Source of the DNA: Takakia lepidozioides
Taxonomy: Eukaryota > Plantae > Bryophyta
Direction: 5' to 3'
NCBI GenBank assembly: GCA_030704615.1
Contig: CM060733.1
Coordinates: forward strand, 38,626,001-38,690,000
Length of the DNA: 64,000 nt
Part shown: positions 26,770 to 39,859 of the stretch, piece after piece
How positions within the stretch are numbered: the stretch's first letter is position 1
Layout: every line of letters starts with the position of its first letter
Notes under the pieces: model-generated
What the model saw: the letters and a program-made list of their open reading frames with translations, nothing else
Databases searched by the model: none
What the model was told of the DNA's origin: nothing
Translations under genes and position numbers: made by a program

Positions 26770-28660
26770 TATCCAAAAACAGATAACATAGGTGAGGAGA
26801 AGACACCTTCTTCAACGCATTTCACCCTGTTTTCCTCTCTTATCAGAATTGGCCCTAAATTTCCATGTTGAATTCTGCAAGTTAGCTGGTTGAGTGAACC
26901 TTTGGTAGTTTGGAGTGACTTTGACATGATACTGCCAATGTGACAACAGGAAAGTATCCAAAAACAGATAACAGAGAAGAGAAGTTGTGGGATGAATACT
27001 TTTCTGACCCCAGCCAATGGTGGGACAAACGAGGCAAAAAGGTGAATGTCTGTCAGATTACCAGATATCATTCTGAATGCTGCAGACACAAGCTGCACAC
27101 GCAAGAGGTTATTTTTGGGTTGATGTTCGGTCAAATCCTCCATGGGTCATGACATAAGGTCAAGGACAATGTGGTGAGGGCACCTTCTTCTTCAACCTAT
27201 TTCTGCCTGTTTTACCCTCTCATCAGACTCGGCCTTAAGATGCATATTGATTTCTGTAAGTTAGCTCGTTGGGTGGATCTGTGATGGTTAGGAGTGACTT
27301 TGACAAGAAACTGCGGATGTGGCAGCAGGAAAGTATCAAAAAACAGATACCAGAAGCTCGCTGGTGGATCTATGGTGGTTTTGGAGTGATTTTGACATGT
27401 TACTATTGGTAGGGTTGGGGTGTTTGCTGGAAGAACTTCATTCTATCAGTGTCAGCTGCTTCAGCTGCTAGCAGAGATAGAATGTGGGCCCAGATTCATC
27501 CAAGAGGGCCGGATTTCAAGCTCCAGATTACCTATGATTCCCTGTGGAAAGCATATGGTCGACTGGAAGCCACAGCGGCAGCGACAACGACACAATGGAT
27601 AAAATCAGACACTGCTAATGAAGGCACATTCTTCAACACATTTCACCCTGTTTTTCCCTCTTATCTAAATTTCCATGTTGAAATCTGCAAGTTAGCTGGC
27701 TGAAGGACTAGGGATAGAGGTCCAGATTCATCCAAGGGGGTTGGATTTCAAACACAAGATTACTTCTAATTCCCTGTGGATCAATAGCTACAAGAAATTT
27801 GTGTGGGTAGATGGTCAGCTGGAAACAGCAGCGGCAGCAGCACAATTGAGTATAATGAAGGCACCTTCTTGAACATATTTCAGCCTGTTTTTCCCTGTTA
27901 TCAAAGTCGTCCCTAAATTTTTATGCTGAATTCTGCAAGTTAGCTCGTCTCTATGGTGGTTTTGGAGTGATTTTGACATGTTACTGGCAATGTGGCAACA
28001 GGAAAGTATCGAAAAACAGATAACATAGACGAGGAGAAGCTCCGGAATGAACACGTTTCCGACCCCAGTCAATGGTGGAACAATTGAGGCAAAAAGGTGA
28101 ATGTCTGTTGGAAGCAGACGCAAGTTAGCATAGAAACTAGTGTGAGAAGTATGGTTGGGGGGTTTGTTGGAAGAATTCTAGGCTGTCATTGTCAACTGCT
28201 AGCAGCAATGCAGGATGTAGGCATGATTCGTGCAGAGGCATGGATAGCTGAAGGAGCAGAGATAGAGTGTGGGTCCAGATTCATCCAAGAGGGCCAGATT
28301 ACAAGCTCCAGATTACCTATGATTCCTGTGGAAGGATAGCTACAAGATACCTGCATGGGTAGATGGTCAACTGGGAGCCGCAGCAGCAGCAGCGACACAA
28401 TTTATAAAATGAGGCACTACTAATCAAGGCACCTTCAACACCGTTCACCCTGTTTTTCCCTTTTATCAGAATCGGCCCCAAATTTTCATGTTGAATTCTG
28501 CAAGTTAGCTGGTTGAGTTAGTTTGGAGTGGCTTTGACATGATACTGCCAACGTGACAACATAAAAGTATCCAGAAACAGGTAGCAAAGACGAGGAGAAG
28601 CTGTGGAGTGAGTACTTTTCTGACCCTAGTCACTGGTGGGACAACCGAGGGAAAAATGTG
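26770..28660 (+). pseudogene. Degenerate tandem exons encoding OSB-family (organellar ssDNA-binding) PDF motifs
   Basis: EEKLWDEYFSDPSQWWDKRGKK (~26975-27041) and EKLWSEYFSDPSHWWDNRGK (~28595-28657), with a third copy at ~28030-28097. IHPRGPDFKLQITYDSLW (~27494), IHPRGLDFKHKITSNSLWINSYKKFVWVDGQL (~27726) and IHPRGPDYK (~28279). Each is preceded by CAG; repeated intron sequence lies between them. Confidence 0.8.
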
Positions 28661-28671
28661 AATGTCTGTCA

Positions 28672-28862
28672 GATTACCAAATGTCATTCTGAAGGTGGAC
28701 ATGTATGTCAAATGTGGGTGCTTTGAGAATGCAAAGGAAGTGTTCAACACTATGGCTAAATGAGATGTGGTGTCGTGGAGTGCGATGCTTGCAGGGTATG
28801 CATAGCAGGGGCGCGGGATGGAGGCTTTGGAGACCTATGAGCAAATGATGGGGGAAGGGGTG
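28672..28862 (+). pseudogene. Isolated PPR fragment (S-P motif) cut by a retroelement insertion
   Basis: VDMYVKCGCFENAKEVFNTMAK*DVVSWSAMLAGYA*QGRGMEALETYEQMMGEGV, ending abruptly at TGTCAACC (28863). Confidence 0.88.
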
Positions 28863-31800
28863 TGTCAACCATTAATGTTCTCCATTAAGGATTGCATACT
28901 TAATTTAGGGTTCGCATTAGACAGAGCTAGGTTAGGTCTCGAAGGCGCCACCTAGCCCCAAGGGTGCTGCTAGTGTGGATTGTAATTTTTCTATGTTATA
29001 ATTATTTGCGTTTGTAATTTGTACGTAATTACGAAAACAATAGTCCAGAAATAAGTAATGCAAATGTATAATTACCCTCGATATAAAGGGTTATGGTTAT
29101 TTTAGAGGAGATATATTATAGTGTAAATATTAATTATTCGGTAAACAACAATTTTTTTTTCAATTAACCAACTTTATTATTTCTTTTCTTTTTGAATAAT
29201 TTTATGTATATGTTCAAAAGATAGAGATACTCATTTATTTAGTTTTTACCAGTACCCATTAATTTAGGTGAGTCAAGAATACATAATTAATTAGATCATT
29301 CTGAGGAAAAGATTAGCCCAACAAACAATATTAATATAACCAAAATAAAAGGAGAGAATCAAAACCAACTATAGGGAAGCAATGTGGCGGTTATTGGGAT
29401 TTGAAACCCCAACCTCGAATGTGCGAGCAAAATCTCTAACTGATAAGTCCCTCAAGTTATATTCAAAGCCAACCTGTCTATCTAAGTACTTATAGGGCTA
29501 TTACAAAGGTTATGAACAGATGAGCAAAACTAAATACATTGCGGCCGGCAGGAGTTGAACCCCCAACCCCTGAAGTGTAAACTACCAGACTAACCATCAA
29601 TGATCAAACTAACCTAGAGATGTTGTTAGAAGAGGGTTTCTTTTAGTTATTTAAACACAATAGTCAAATCTCACTCTTTAACATGGCCTGACAGCTAGAA
29701 TTCCCTGTTTTCAAAAATTCATAAGTCCCTACTACATTCTTCAATTCACTTGCTATAAAACAGAACCTCTAACCTAAGCTTTACTCAACAAGATTTTGGA
29801 ATTAGTTTGTGAATCAAGGTCCATAAAAAGGTTTTAGCTCAAATCGTGGCTGCTCATAATAATAACAAAACTATTTTGCAGTCAAGAATTGGTCATGTTC
29901 AAAAATTCCTAATTCTGCACTCACCACTTGTTTTCCTTAAATTTGAATCAAATCCGCATGATGCACGTTGCATAAAAACTGCTCGTAAGTTTGGGTACAT
30001 TTAACATCAAATGGAACCTCTTGGGTTGAACTGCTTGTGTTCTTTTCTTTGGGTATTGGAATGCTTGTATTCTGTTCCTTCGGCATAGAACTGCTTGCCT
30101 TCTGTCCTTTTGACATTGTGGATATATTCTGCAACCATCAATAATATAACGACATTTATGTTCAGCTATGACCATTTCTGTCGAACAATAATACCAGATC
30201 TCCTGGATCAAAAATCCTCTTTTTGCGCTTCAGGTCAAACCGAGCCTTCCTCCTTCGCTAGACGGCCTCAATGTGTTGAGCTGCTGCCTGCCGAAGCTCG
30301 TCTAACCCTCCAGCATCTCGAGTCGTTTTTTCAGGGACTCGGATGTTGTCAATCTCTCGGTGATGGCCAGTCGCAATGAGGGAATCTCTGTTTCGATGGG
30401 CATAATGGACTCCACCCCGTAAACCAATGAAAAGGGGGTGTGTTGAGTGGTTATCTTATGTGTAGTGCGAAACGCCCACAAAGCTGAGATCAACTTGGTG
30501 TCCCAGTCCCGCTTGTGCTCCCTAATTGTTTTGGAGAGGTTGCACAAGGTCTGATTGGCGCGCTCTACTTGACCACTTGTCTGAGGGTGATAGGGGGTAG
30601 CCTTGCGATGCTTGATGGAGAATGCTGCCATCATTTCTTCGATGACGTCGTTAATAAAGTGAGAGCCCCTGTCACTCACTCTCTCCTTGGGGCATCCGAA
30701 TCGGGAAATAATATTTTCGTAAATGAAAGAGGCGGTTACCTGGGCGTTGGCCCTCTTGATTGCCTTGGCCTCTGCCCACTTGGTCAGATACTCAATGGCT
30801 ACGATGATGTAGCGATTTTGTTGACTTGAAGCGGGGTGCACTTCCCCTACGTAGTCGATTCCCCACTTCTCAAACGGAGCAAGGGGGAGAGTGGGAACTA
30901 ACGGCATTCCAAGTCTGTTATCCCTTTTAGCGTACCTCTGGCAAGAGTTGCATTTTCGCACATGTATGTGCGCATCTTTGAACATGGAGGGCCAGTAATA
31001 TCCTGCCCTCGAAATCTTTTGGACCGTGAGTCGCCCTGCAAAGTGTCCTCCGCACATGTTGTCATGAGCTGACTCTAAAATATAGGGAACCTCCTCTGGA
31101 GTGACGGATCGCCTCAAGACTCCATCCAATCCCCTCCTATAAAGTTGCCCTCCCACAAGGGCAAACTTCATACTGCACAATCGAAGTCGTCTTCGTGCGT
31201 GTCAATCCATTCCTGGTGGAAATTACAGGGTGCTAAGATACTGAGTAATGTGCTCGTACCAAGGAGGAACTGTCTCAATCGAGAATAAGAAGGCATCCAG
31301 AAAATCATCGTCAATAGGCTCGTCCCCCATCTTCTCTGACAACCACGAGAGATGGTCGGCCTGAGCGTTCAGCCTTCCCGGTTTGTAGACTACCTTGTAG
31401 TCGAATTCCTGAAGTAAAATGACCCATCTTGCTATTCTCCCTGTCAGGTCAGGTTTGTTGATCAAGTATCGCAATGCCATGTGATCAACAAAAAATGTAA
31501 ATGGGGTCTCCAATAAATAATGCCGATACTTCTTCACGGCAAAAATCATTCCCTTGTTGTACCTAGTCTCAGCGAATGTCAGCTGTCGACTGTCGAAAGA
31601 TATCGGATGATCATGGCCGTCAGCATCTGGCTGGCAAAGGGCACATCCTACCGCCACCGCTGAAGAATCAACATAAACATGAAAAGACATGTTCCAATCC
31701 GGAGCCGCCAAGACTGGTGCAGACACCAACCGTTCCTTGAGCATTTCAAAAGACTCTTGACACCCTGCATCCCAGGAGAATACCTGGTTCTTTTTCAATA

Positions 31801-34585
31801 GTCGAGTCAGAGGTAATGCCTCTGCTGCATACTTGTCCATAAATTTCCTATACCACCCTGTGTGGCCAAGGAATCCCTTCACTTTGGACGACGTCTCTGG
31901 TGCGGGAAGTTCGACGATGGCGCTTACTTTTGCTGGGTCTGTCGCCACGCCGTCTCTAGACACTATATGTCCCAGGAGCAGTCCATGTGTGACTGCGAAT
32001 ATGCACTTCATTGGATTGAGAGATATCCCATTTTCTCTGCACCGGATGAAACATTCTTGTAGTGCCACAACGTGATCCTTCGCATCCCCGTTGCAACAAA
32101 AGTCATCTAAGAAAATGACTAGATTCTTTCTCACAATGTCCGAGAAAGCATACGTCATGACCCTCTGAAATGTGAGGGGTGCGTTGCACAAGCCAAAGGG
32201 TGTCCTTGTGTAGGCAAATGTTCCCCAGGGTGAGGTGAATGTGGTCTTTAGCACATCTTTCAGGCGATCAACACTTGATTGTAGCCCGAGAACTCATCCA
32301 TGAAAGAGTAGAGTTCCTTCCCTGCTACTTCTTCCACTAATGTGTCTATATCGGCAAGGGAAAATGATCCTCGTGCGTTATCTTGTTAATGGGGTGGAAG
32401 TCCACGCATACCCTTAATCCTCTGTTCTTTTTCCAAACGATCACCATGGGGGACACCCAGGCTGATGTCTCCACTGGAAAGATAAACTCAGCGGCTAGCA
32501 GTTTTTCGATTTCTGCTTTGATGAGAAGGGCCAGATTGGGATTCACCTCCTTTCTTGCTGTCGTCGTGGTGTAGTTCCCGGAATCAGGGGAATCGAGTGC
32601 ATGGCCACATAAGAGGGCACCCCCTTCAACTCGGTGTAGGACCACGCGAAGATGTCTCTAAATTCTTTGAACAAATGTAATGTTTGCCTGAATGTGGCGC
32701 AAGTCTTCCATTAGATTATATGGCTCCAACTCATCGGTGAAGCGCATAGTGGAGTGTGTTCTTCTTTTGGGAAGCTTTGCTAGTGCTACTGGTCGATTGG
32801 CCGGACTCTTTGTTCTGGATATCAAAAGTGGCCGAGAAATGGTTGGCCGGACTGCCGGAGATTCGGTCTCTGCAAATGCTACCTCATTCTCCTTGGGATG
32901 GGTTTCCGCCACCTTCCGTGCGTCTGACTTTATGATTTTAAAGTTCAGATCTTCCCACTACAACAGATCGCGGTATTTATGACTGTATATATGACTATTC
33001 TGCAGTCATAAATGGTACATATGACTTCTATGATTGTAAGTCGTGCAAACCAAGTGAATACAATGAGTACATGATGGTACGGTCTGGATGATTACAGTCA
33101 GATGAACCAAGTGATATCTCTCATTGCAGTTATATATACCATACTGCAGTCGCCGCTGCAGCGCCACGTGGCGAGGCGCAATTGATTTAAAAAATAAAAA
33201 TAAAATAGAAAATATAATTTTTTTCAAAAAAAAAAATGTCAGATGCCGCGTCGCACTGCGTTGTGCCACGTGGCATAATGCATTTTATAATAATTGAAAA
33301 AACCACGTGGCAGCCCATCTAGGGTGCTAGCCCTAGCTCGCCTACTAACCCTAGGGTCATCTTACCATTTGAACTTCGAGAAGTTTGAACCTGCAACCTC
33401 TTTGCTATAAGAGTTATAGTTCACTATCTGCTAACCAATACACCCATTAGTTATTCATGTGATCATATGGTGTTTTTAATTGTATTATACATACCAAATG
33501 ACAAAATCCCCAGTAGTCATCATGACTATGTAACCTCATCCATGTACACTGTAGTCATGGAAATGACTATGAGTGGTGAGCTAAATCTGGTCAATTGTCG
33601 TTGACCAGTCGTCCGCCCATTCCGGAGCCATGTAGTCATACAAATGACTACTTAGATAGTCGTTCATATGACTACAGTCGTATGAACGACTGCGGGAGAT
33701 CAATTTCATATAAAAACATGGTGCAGTCATGGTCAAAGTCAATAAAACCATGACCACCATGGTTTGGCAGTAATAACTACCGCGATCTGTTGTAGTGTCT
33801 TATTCTAATGCCGATGTGGCTGACTTTGACGCCACATACCCAGGGCCTTTCCCTAGCGTATCTCGTTGTTGTCGGGTCATTACTGCATAGCTACCTTCCT
33901 CTAGGTTAGCCTGCGTAATTTGAGTGGCGCCGAGCTCACTGGAAATCCAATTGACTTGGTGCTACGTCTCCAGTTGACGGGACAACTGACCGGGATGCAT
34001 ACTGGCCTGCTGTTGGGATGGCGCTGAAGTCGACGCTTGTTGCCCTCCCTCCACCCTTACATCCTGAGGGGGAGACCACGTATTAGAAGAACCCTGGGCT
34101 ATCTGAGCCGCAAGATTTGAATAGGCTACTCGGGAATTCTGTCCCATACCTGCATTGCCCCCAGAATATGATGGGCCTGTCTGATCTGTTCTAGGCCGCT
34201 GCGCTATCTGCGTTGGAGTAGCAAAATACATGTTATGCTGTTGTGGTAGAGGGTTGGGTGGTTCAGTGGTATACTGATCCGGGGAGGGTGCTTGATGCCC
34301 TTCCAAATTCCTCTCTACTTGTTGAATGGTGGCCGACGTAGGCTGGTCCACTTGTCTATGAGGACATTTGTTGTCGCGGCTCTTTGCCTTGAGGGCGAGG
34401 GGTCGGGACACAAGAAGGGCTACCCCTGTGGTGGGGGCAGTGGCAACAATAGATGCGGGGGCTGAAGCACCCTTGAGTGCCTTGGCAGAGGCGCTCACTA
34501 GGTGGAGCCCCGTACACCGGGTTGCGGTGGGGGTGGTTCCACGAGGGGTGGTGGTAGCTTAGTGGGTCTTAGTGGGGGTGGCATA
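28863..34585 (-). mobile_element. Degenerate Ty3/gypsy LTR retrotransposon (family A), 5'-truncated
   Basis: Integrase 30302-31180 (H-H-C-C, WGID, SDRG, QVERAN); RT/RNase H 31223-32645 (PFGLCNAP, FLDDF, DSS...DH); gag-like region 32658-32955 plus 33798-34585. Protease apparently deleted near 32660. Left boundary inferred from the TG where the PPR fragment stops. Confidence 0.85.
32956..33797. mobile_element. Non-autonomous CACTA (En/Spm) transposon, 842 bp
   Basis: Perfect 20-bp TIR CACTACAACAGATCGCGGTA / TACCGCGATCTGTTGTAGTG; 3-bp flanks TCC/TCT (one mismatch); subterminal ATGACTA/TAGTCAT repeats; no transposase. Confidence 0.92.
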
Positions 34586-35585
34586 TGTCGCGCGGCTTTT
34601 ACTCACCCATCCCTTCGCTATTCGAGGCGGAAACTCCAAGATTGAAGAGTTGGAAATCTCTAAGTACTCAGCCCGCGCAGAACAATCAGTCATGACCTAC
34701 AGCTAGTGTATCATGGGGGTGTTTCCTATTTGTTTCCCTTTTGGTATTCATGTTAACTATCTTACCATTGATAATTAAGTATCAGTTTGCTTTATCAATC
34801 TATTGGATTCCATCAACTCATCCATTCATTCCACAGCTTCACTCAGATCTTTCTACACAGTGTGTTTGTATCGTAAAAGTATCCGATTATGATTTATAAG
34901 GTATCAGGCCGAAGCCATTGTGTCTCTAATCTCCTTTACAATATCATTACAGCCTTGCATATATCAAGCATCTACTCATCATCTCTCTATCTTCACTTCC
35001 GTTCTTCATCTCTGCCCGATCCCCTCTCCTCTATCACCAAGAAGTCCTCCTCCCAATGTTGTCCCTTCATTCCCCGTTTCTCCCTTTATCTTCCTATCTG
35101 CGGTTCTAACCGTTTCCCTCACTAACCGTGTCTGTGAACTAACATGTTCCTTCGCAGGTGTTGTTCCCCACAGTCGTTCCCTGTCCTACTCCTCGTTCCG
35201 TATGATCGTGACAGCTGTGTCAAGCTGTGACTGGCTGTGTGAAACTGTGACGGGCTGTGACTGGCTGTGCGACTGTGTTTGGCTGTGTCGGGCTGTGACT
35301 GGCTGTGTGGCTGTGTTTGGCTGTGTGGCTGTGCCGGGCTGTGTCGGCTGTGTCGGCTGTGTCTGCTGTGACGACTGTGACGGGCTGTGTTGGCTGTGTT
35401 GGCTGTGACGACTGTGACGGGCTATGTTGGATGTGTTGGCTGTGACGACTGTGACGGTTGTGTAACCCCCCTCTACAGTGCGCTGCTGTCACCCCTAAGG
35501 CTCCTGTTGGTCTCAGTCTGTGAAAAAATTAAGGGTACCCTACAGATCCCGTATAAGTGTCTAAGTCCCCGGCAGTCCTCTAACA
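34586..35585 (-). mobile_element. 3' LTR of gypsy family B
   Basis: TGTCGCGC...CTCTAACA termini, homologous to 47508-48544, adjacent to a PPT. Confidence 0.92.
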
Positions 35586-35602
35586 TTACCCCTTCCCCCC
35601 TC
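35586..35602 (-). promoter_or_regulatory. Polypurine tract of family B
   Basis: Minus strand reads GAGGGGGGAAGGGG-TAA-TGTTAGAG at the LTR start. Confidence 0.88.
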
Positions 35603-35619
35603 AAAAAGCCGTGTCCTCA

Positions 35620-38600
35620 CGGTTTACTGATTCGGACTAGCAAACCTTTGTGAGTGAGCACCTTCTTGACGTTGAGAGTTTCGTGGCGGACTGTGTGTAC
35701 GAGCCCGAGGTCTGTCTCTGGTTGACGGAGATGGTTGATCACTACCTGGATAAGTGAGGCCCTCTGGAGGCTGATATCGAGGTAACCTTTCCGGTATAGG
35801 AGACCCCCGTCGCTTCTTCTCTGCCATCTGAATTGCATAGTCTTCTCCCATGTCAAAAGAATTCGGTGAAGAAGAAACAGTTGTATCAGAATCCTCATCG
35901 CCTCTCAGGTGTTTTAATTTTCGAACTTTTTGTGTAATCATCTGGGGCATACAATGTTGTCCTACCATGTCTGGAAGTTTGTATTTTACAACATGGTGTA
36001 ACCGTTGAACATCAAAATTGGTGTAGACACTGAGCTCCTTGTCTGTCCAGGTGAGTGGGGGTACCAATTACTGGTGCAGCGTGCAAGTACTTCCTGCCAC
36101 ATGTCCCTTATAGAAAATGTCATCAATGCCAAATTCTGTGTTGACAAATGGTTCCAGGCCGCTTGAAACCATGAACGAATTTGAGAATCCTTTTGCATCA
36201 TAACTTTTGGGTCATATAGGTACATATGAGGTGGCCACGAAGGTAATACCCAATGATCTCCACTGGAATAACTTTGAAAGCGTGTTTGCATCTTTGTTGC
36301 TCAATGTGTATCGTACCAGAAAACAAGCAGCGTAGTATAACCCGCACCCCATGACAATACTGCTATCTCCTGGTCTTGGTATAAATGAGTCCATGTACAA
36401 CCTGGAAAGCAATCAATTCCCTCAACATGGTACCTGCTTCGTGCCAGTATTGTGCAAAGTGATGATCTTCAATATGTCGATTGTTCGGAAGAACTTTAGT
36501 CCTAGTTGCCACTGGCAGCCATATAGCATGATTTGGTAGTAATGTGCGAATGACTGCGGAGGACTAAATTCTTTCCAAGCCAAATCCAACATGATGGGGA
36601 ATTTGGTTGAAGGGCATAATCATAGCCCTACTGTACTCCCTTGCAGCTGGAGTTTAGGTGGGTTAAAAGCGGCATTGCCCCATACCTCGCGGTTGTGGTG
36701 GCTGTGGTGTGGTATAGTAACCACAGGTTCAGTACTGGTTACAGTGACTTGTTGTGGTGGTGGTGGTAATGGCTCTTGTATCATTGGCATCTCCTGCACT
36801 CCTCGTGAAGACTGAAAAGCCAAAGTTCTGGCTTTTAATAAGAAGGCATCAGCTGTTCCTGAGGGATATGACTCTTTGGTCGATTGTTTGAAGTGAGGTC
36901 TCCACTTGAGTCTTGGAGTCCGTCTACATCCTCTTGTAACTCTGCTATCCTACTATAGACATTGTCTATAGTAGTTGTGGCAATGTTCTGCACCTGCAGC
37001 CTGAGCTCATTCATCTCGCTTTGGGTGAGCTTCCGTGGTGCTTTGCCCTCTACTGGCCCTTGTGCTAACCAGACCTGCATAAGGCTGTTATCCACCAAGT
37101 TGCTTGTGGTTCCCCTGAGAGTTTGCTCCTCTCTTAGCTTGTACAATTCCAACTGCTGTTGTAAAGCCTCCATGCGCTTCGCCTGAGGTTCAATTGCGCA
37201 TAAGCAGCAAGTAGATTATTGGCTTCCTTCCTTCCAAGCCTTGTTATTGACCGCGATTTCATTTTATTGGCCATGATGGTTTGTTGCAACTCCACGATGT
37301 GCTTCTCTTGATCAGCTTCAATCTGCCTGTATTGCTTGAAAGTATCTTCATTGCGACATTTGTATTCTTCATATCGACAATGAGCTTCATTTGCTCAACA
37401 TTCTCTTCTTCTGCCTTCGTACATTTTTCCGCTTGACTGTTTATTTCTTTTGTAGATTGGTCAAGCATAGTTGTAAATGTAGCACATTGTATCGCCATCC
37501 TGTTATGCACTGTCTGCAACTCCGTATGTAGTGCATTCAGTTCTTGCAACTTGCTTTCATGCTGCACCTGCATTTGGTATAGCTGTTGCTTATGTGCTTC
37601 GTGCAACTGGTCTTGCGCGAGGCCTGCCTCAATCAATTGTTGCTTGGCCAATTGCAAAGCCATTTCTGTATTCCCAAGTCCTGCTTCATCTTGAGAGTGA
37701 CCTCTTCATCGACCTTGTTTGCACACTCAGTGGCAAGTCGAGCCTCAAACTCCTTCCTGAGTTCCTCTTTCAAGGCTGTCAATTGGGTAATTGGAACATG
37801 GGATTTGACATAAGTCCCCAACAAATTAAGTGTCCTGCCTATGGAACTCATCAGCATTGCCTGTTGAGGGTCATCATGGTGAGGTTTGCTGTTCTTCTGT
37901 CCTCCTGATCTTCAACAGTGTGATGTCTCACTAACCATTCAGGCCATTGTCCCACCGATTTTCTTCCTGAACTACTTCATCTATCACCGGTGCTACAGTG
38001 TCATGACCTTCCGCCGTGGTACCTTCGACACAGGTGTGTGTATTATATGCACCTCAGGATTTCCCTTGGGCAACTGTTGCACCTCTGGGATTTCTGTCTC
38101 CTTGACCAGACCAGAATATTCATAGAGAAGGTCCCCCTTCTCTATTTCTGCCACTATCTGTTCTGTAGTTGGAATATCTAACCCTTCACTTTCCAAATCA
38201 ATTATTTCTGGTTGAGCTGCATGGATAACTTGTGACCTTGTGACAAGTCGTTCAGTGGCTGTGATGGTTGTGATGCAGAAGTAACTTCCTCCTCCCTCTC
38301 TGAAGGTCCTGCTTCCAGTAATAGCATTTCTCTGTGCTGCTGTGCCCCTTCCTGGCCATGAGCTTGGGAAACATTATCATGCGGAATCCGTGAAGCCAGT
38401 GGATTCGCCACCACAGTCTTTCCCCGTCTCTGCTTCTTAGTCTCAGGTTGCCCTGCTAGTCCACCCTCACTGTGTGAAGAGCCTTGCTCTTCCATTGCAG
38501 TTGTTTCTGGCTCAAACACTCCCATTTCCTTTCTTTCTTGCGCATTAAGTATGCCAGAATCAAGGATTATTTGAGCAATGATTGGGCCAGACACTATTAT

Positions 38601-39480
38601 AGGAGACTTTGCGGTAGTACCTTGTAATCTTTTCATCTCTCCTCTACCAGTGCGTTGTACATTATGTCCGCCCATTGTACCTCTCGTCCCTTCAGGCCTT
38701 TGAGTATTTCCTCCGTGAAGGATCTGCTCAAATACTGTTGGTTCTGTTTCATGGCAATCAGAACGTTCAATACCTGGCCTACCTCTTTTAACCCTGGGTA
38801 CACAGCCTTGGTACAAGCATAACCCTGAGTTTTAAAGAAACTCCCTTCTTGGAATAAGTCCTCTATTTGCAGTCTTGCCCTGTGTTGCTCCACATGCACC
38901 TGACCTGCTGGCAATCGAAACAATTGCTGGAGGTATAGGGGAGTAATCATTAATTCAACTCCCTTCACCGTTGTTGTTCCTGTCCTTGGCTCAAAGTTCT
39001 GCAAAAATTGTAACATGTACTGTCTATGGTGTAGTGTCCAATCTAGGCTTTGCAATCCTTGCAATCTCAGCTCCTCCAGTATCTGTATCGCCTGTGGGTA
39101 GCAATTGTTTGTTTCTGCAGAATCGTGGTGCTCTTCACCCTGATTTCCTCCATTCCTCTCACTCTCTTCATTTTAGACTCACAGAACTGTTTTGGCTGTA
39201 ACAACTGCAGGAATGCCTGTAGTGCACAAAGCATAAACGTATGGTTGCCGCAGAAAGCTATGGGTAATTTCTTGTAAGCCTGCGGGGCTTGCAAGCATCG
39301 CCCAAGAGAAAAGCTCTGCTCTGTCCTTTCGTGTCTATGCCACTTCGTAAGTAATATTGGCGAGCGTATAGTCTGTTAGTTCCTCCATAGTTTCCAAGGT
39401 ATAGCATTGATGGTCCGTCCTGTCGAGACGCCCGTTACTCAGAACGACGCCGCCTCTTGCGCTTAATTTCCCTCCATTTT
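35620..39480 (-). pseudogene. Long degenerate extra ORF between pol and the 3' LTR of family B
   Basis: Chain of near-contiguous minus-strand ORF pieces (38633-39064, 38202-38816, 37993-38196, 37633-37857, 37259-37663, 36835-37173, 36620-36823, 36212-36412, 35986-36291, 35617-35898), with a Q/E/L-rich heptad region. Boundaries approximate. Confidence 0.7.
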
Positions 39481-39859
39481 CTTGATCCTTTTCCTGGTTT
39501 TGTATTGGCTGTATCCGCTGTGACTGGATTTTAGATTTTATTTCTTTAGTGGACTTTCCCTATTGGATAGTCCACTAGGATCACACATGTGACAAGAATT
39601 CCGCTTTTCTGCACTTGCCGTTCGTTCCGTTTCCCTTTTCCGTACTCATTAATGGGCCCGCCTTTCATCCCTTTTGACGGCCGTTCTTGTCCTCTTTCTT
39701 TTTGACACCTGTTCTTGCACTTCCTTCTCGGCTGTGTGTCGCGCCCCCGACCTCCAGTGTCATTTTTAAAGTAATTTCCGTTTCCTCTTCCGTCAGCCAT
39801 TTTCCTGAATTATTATGGTGTCCACTTGTCACTGATTCTATAGATCGTGTAACTTTAGT

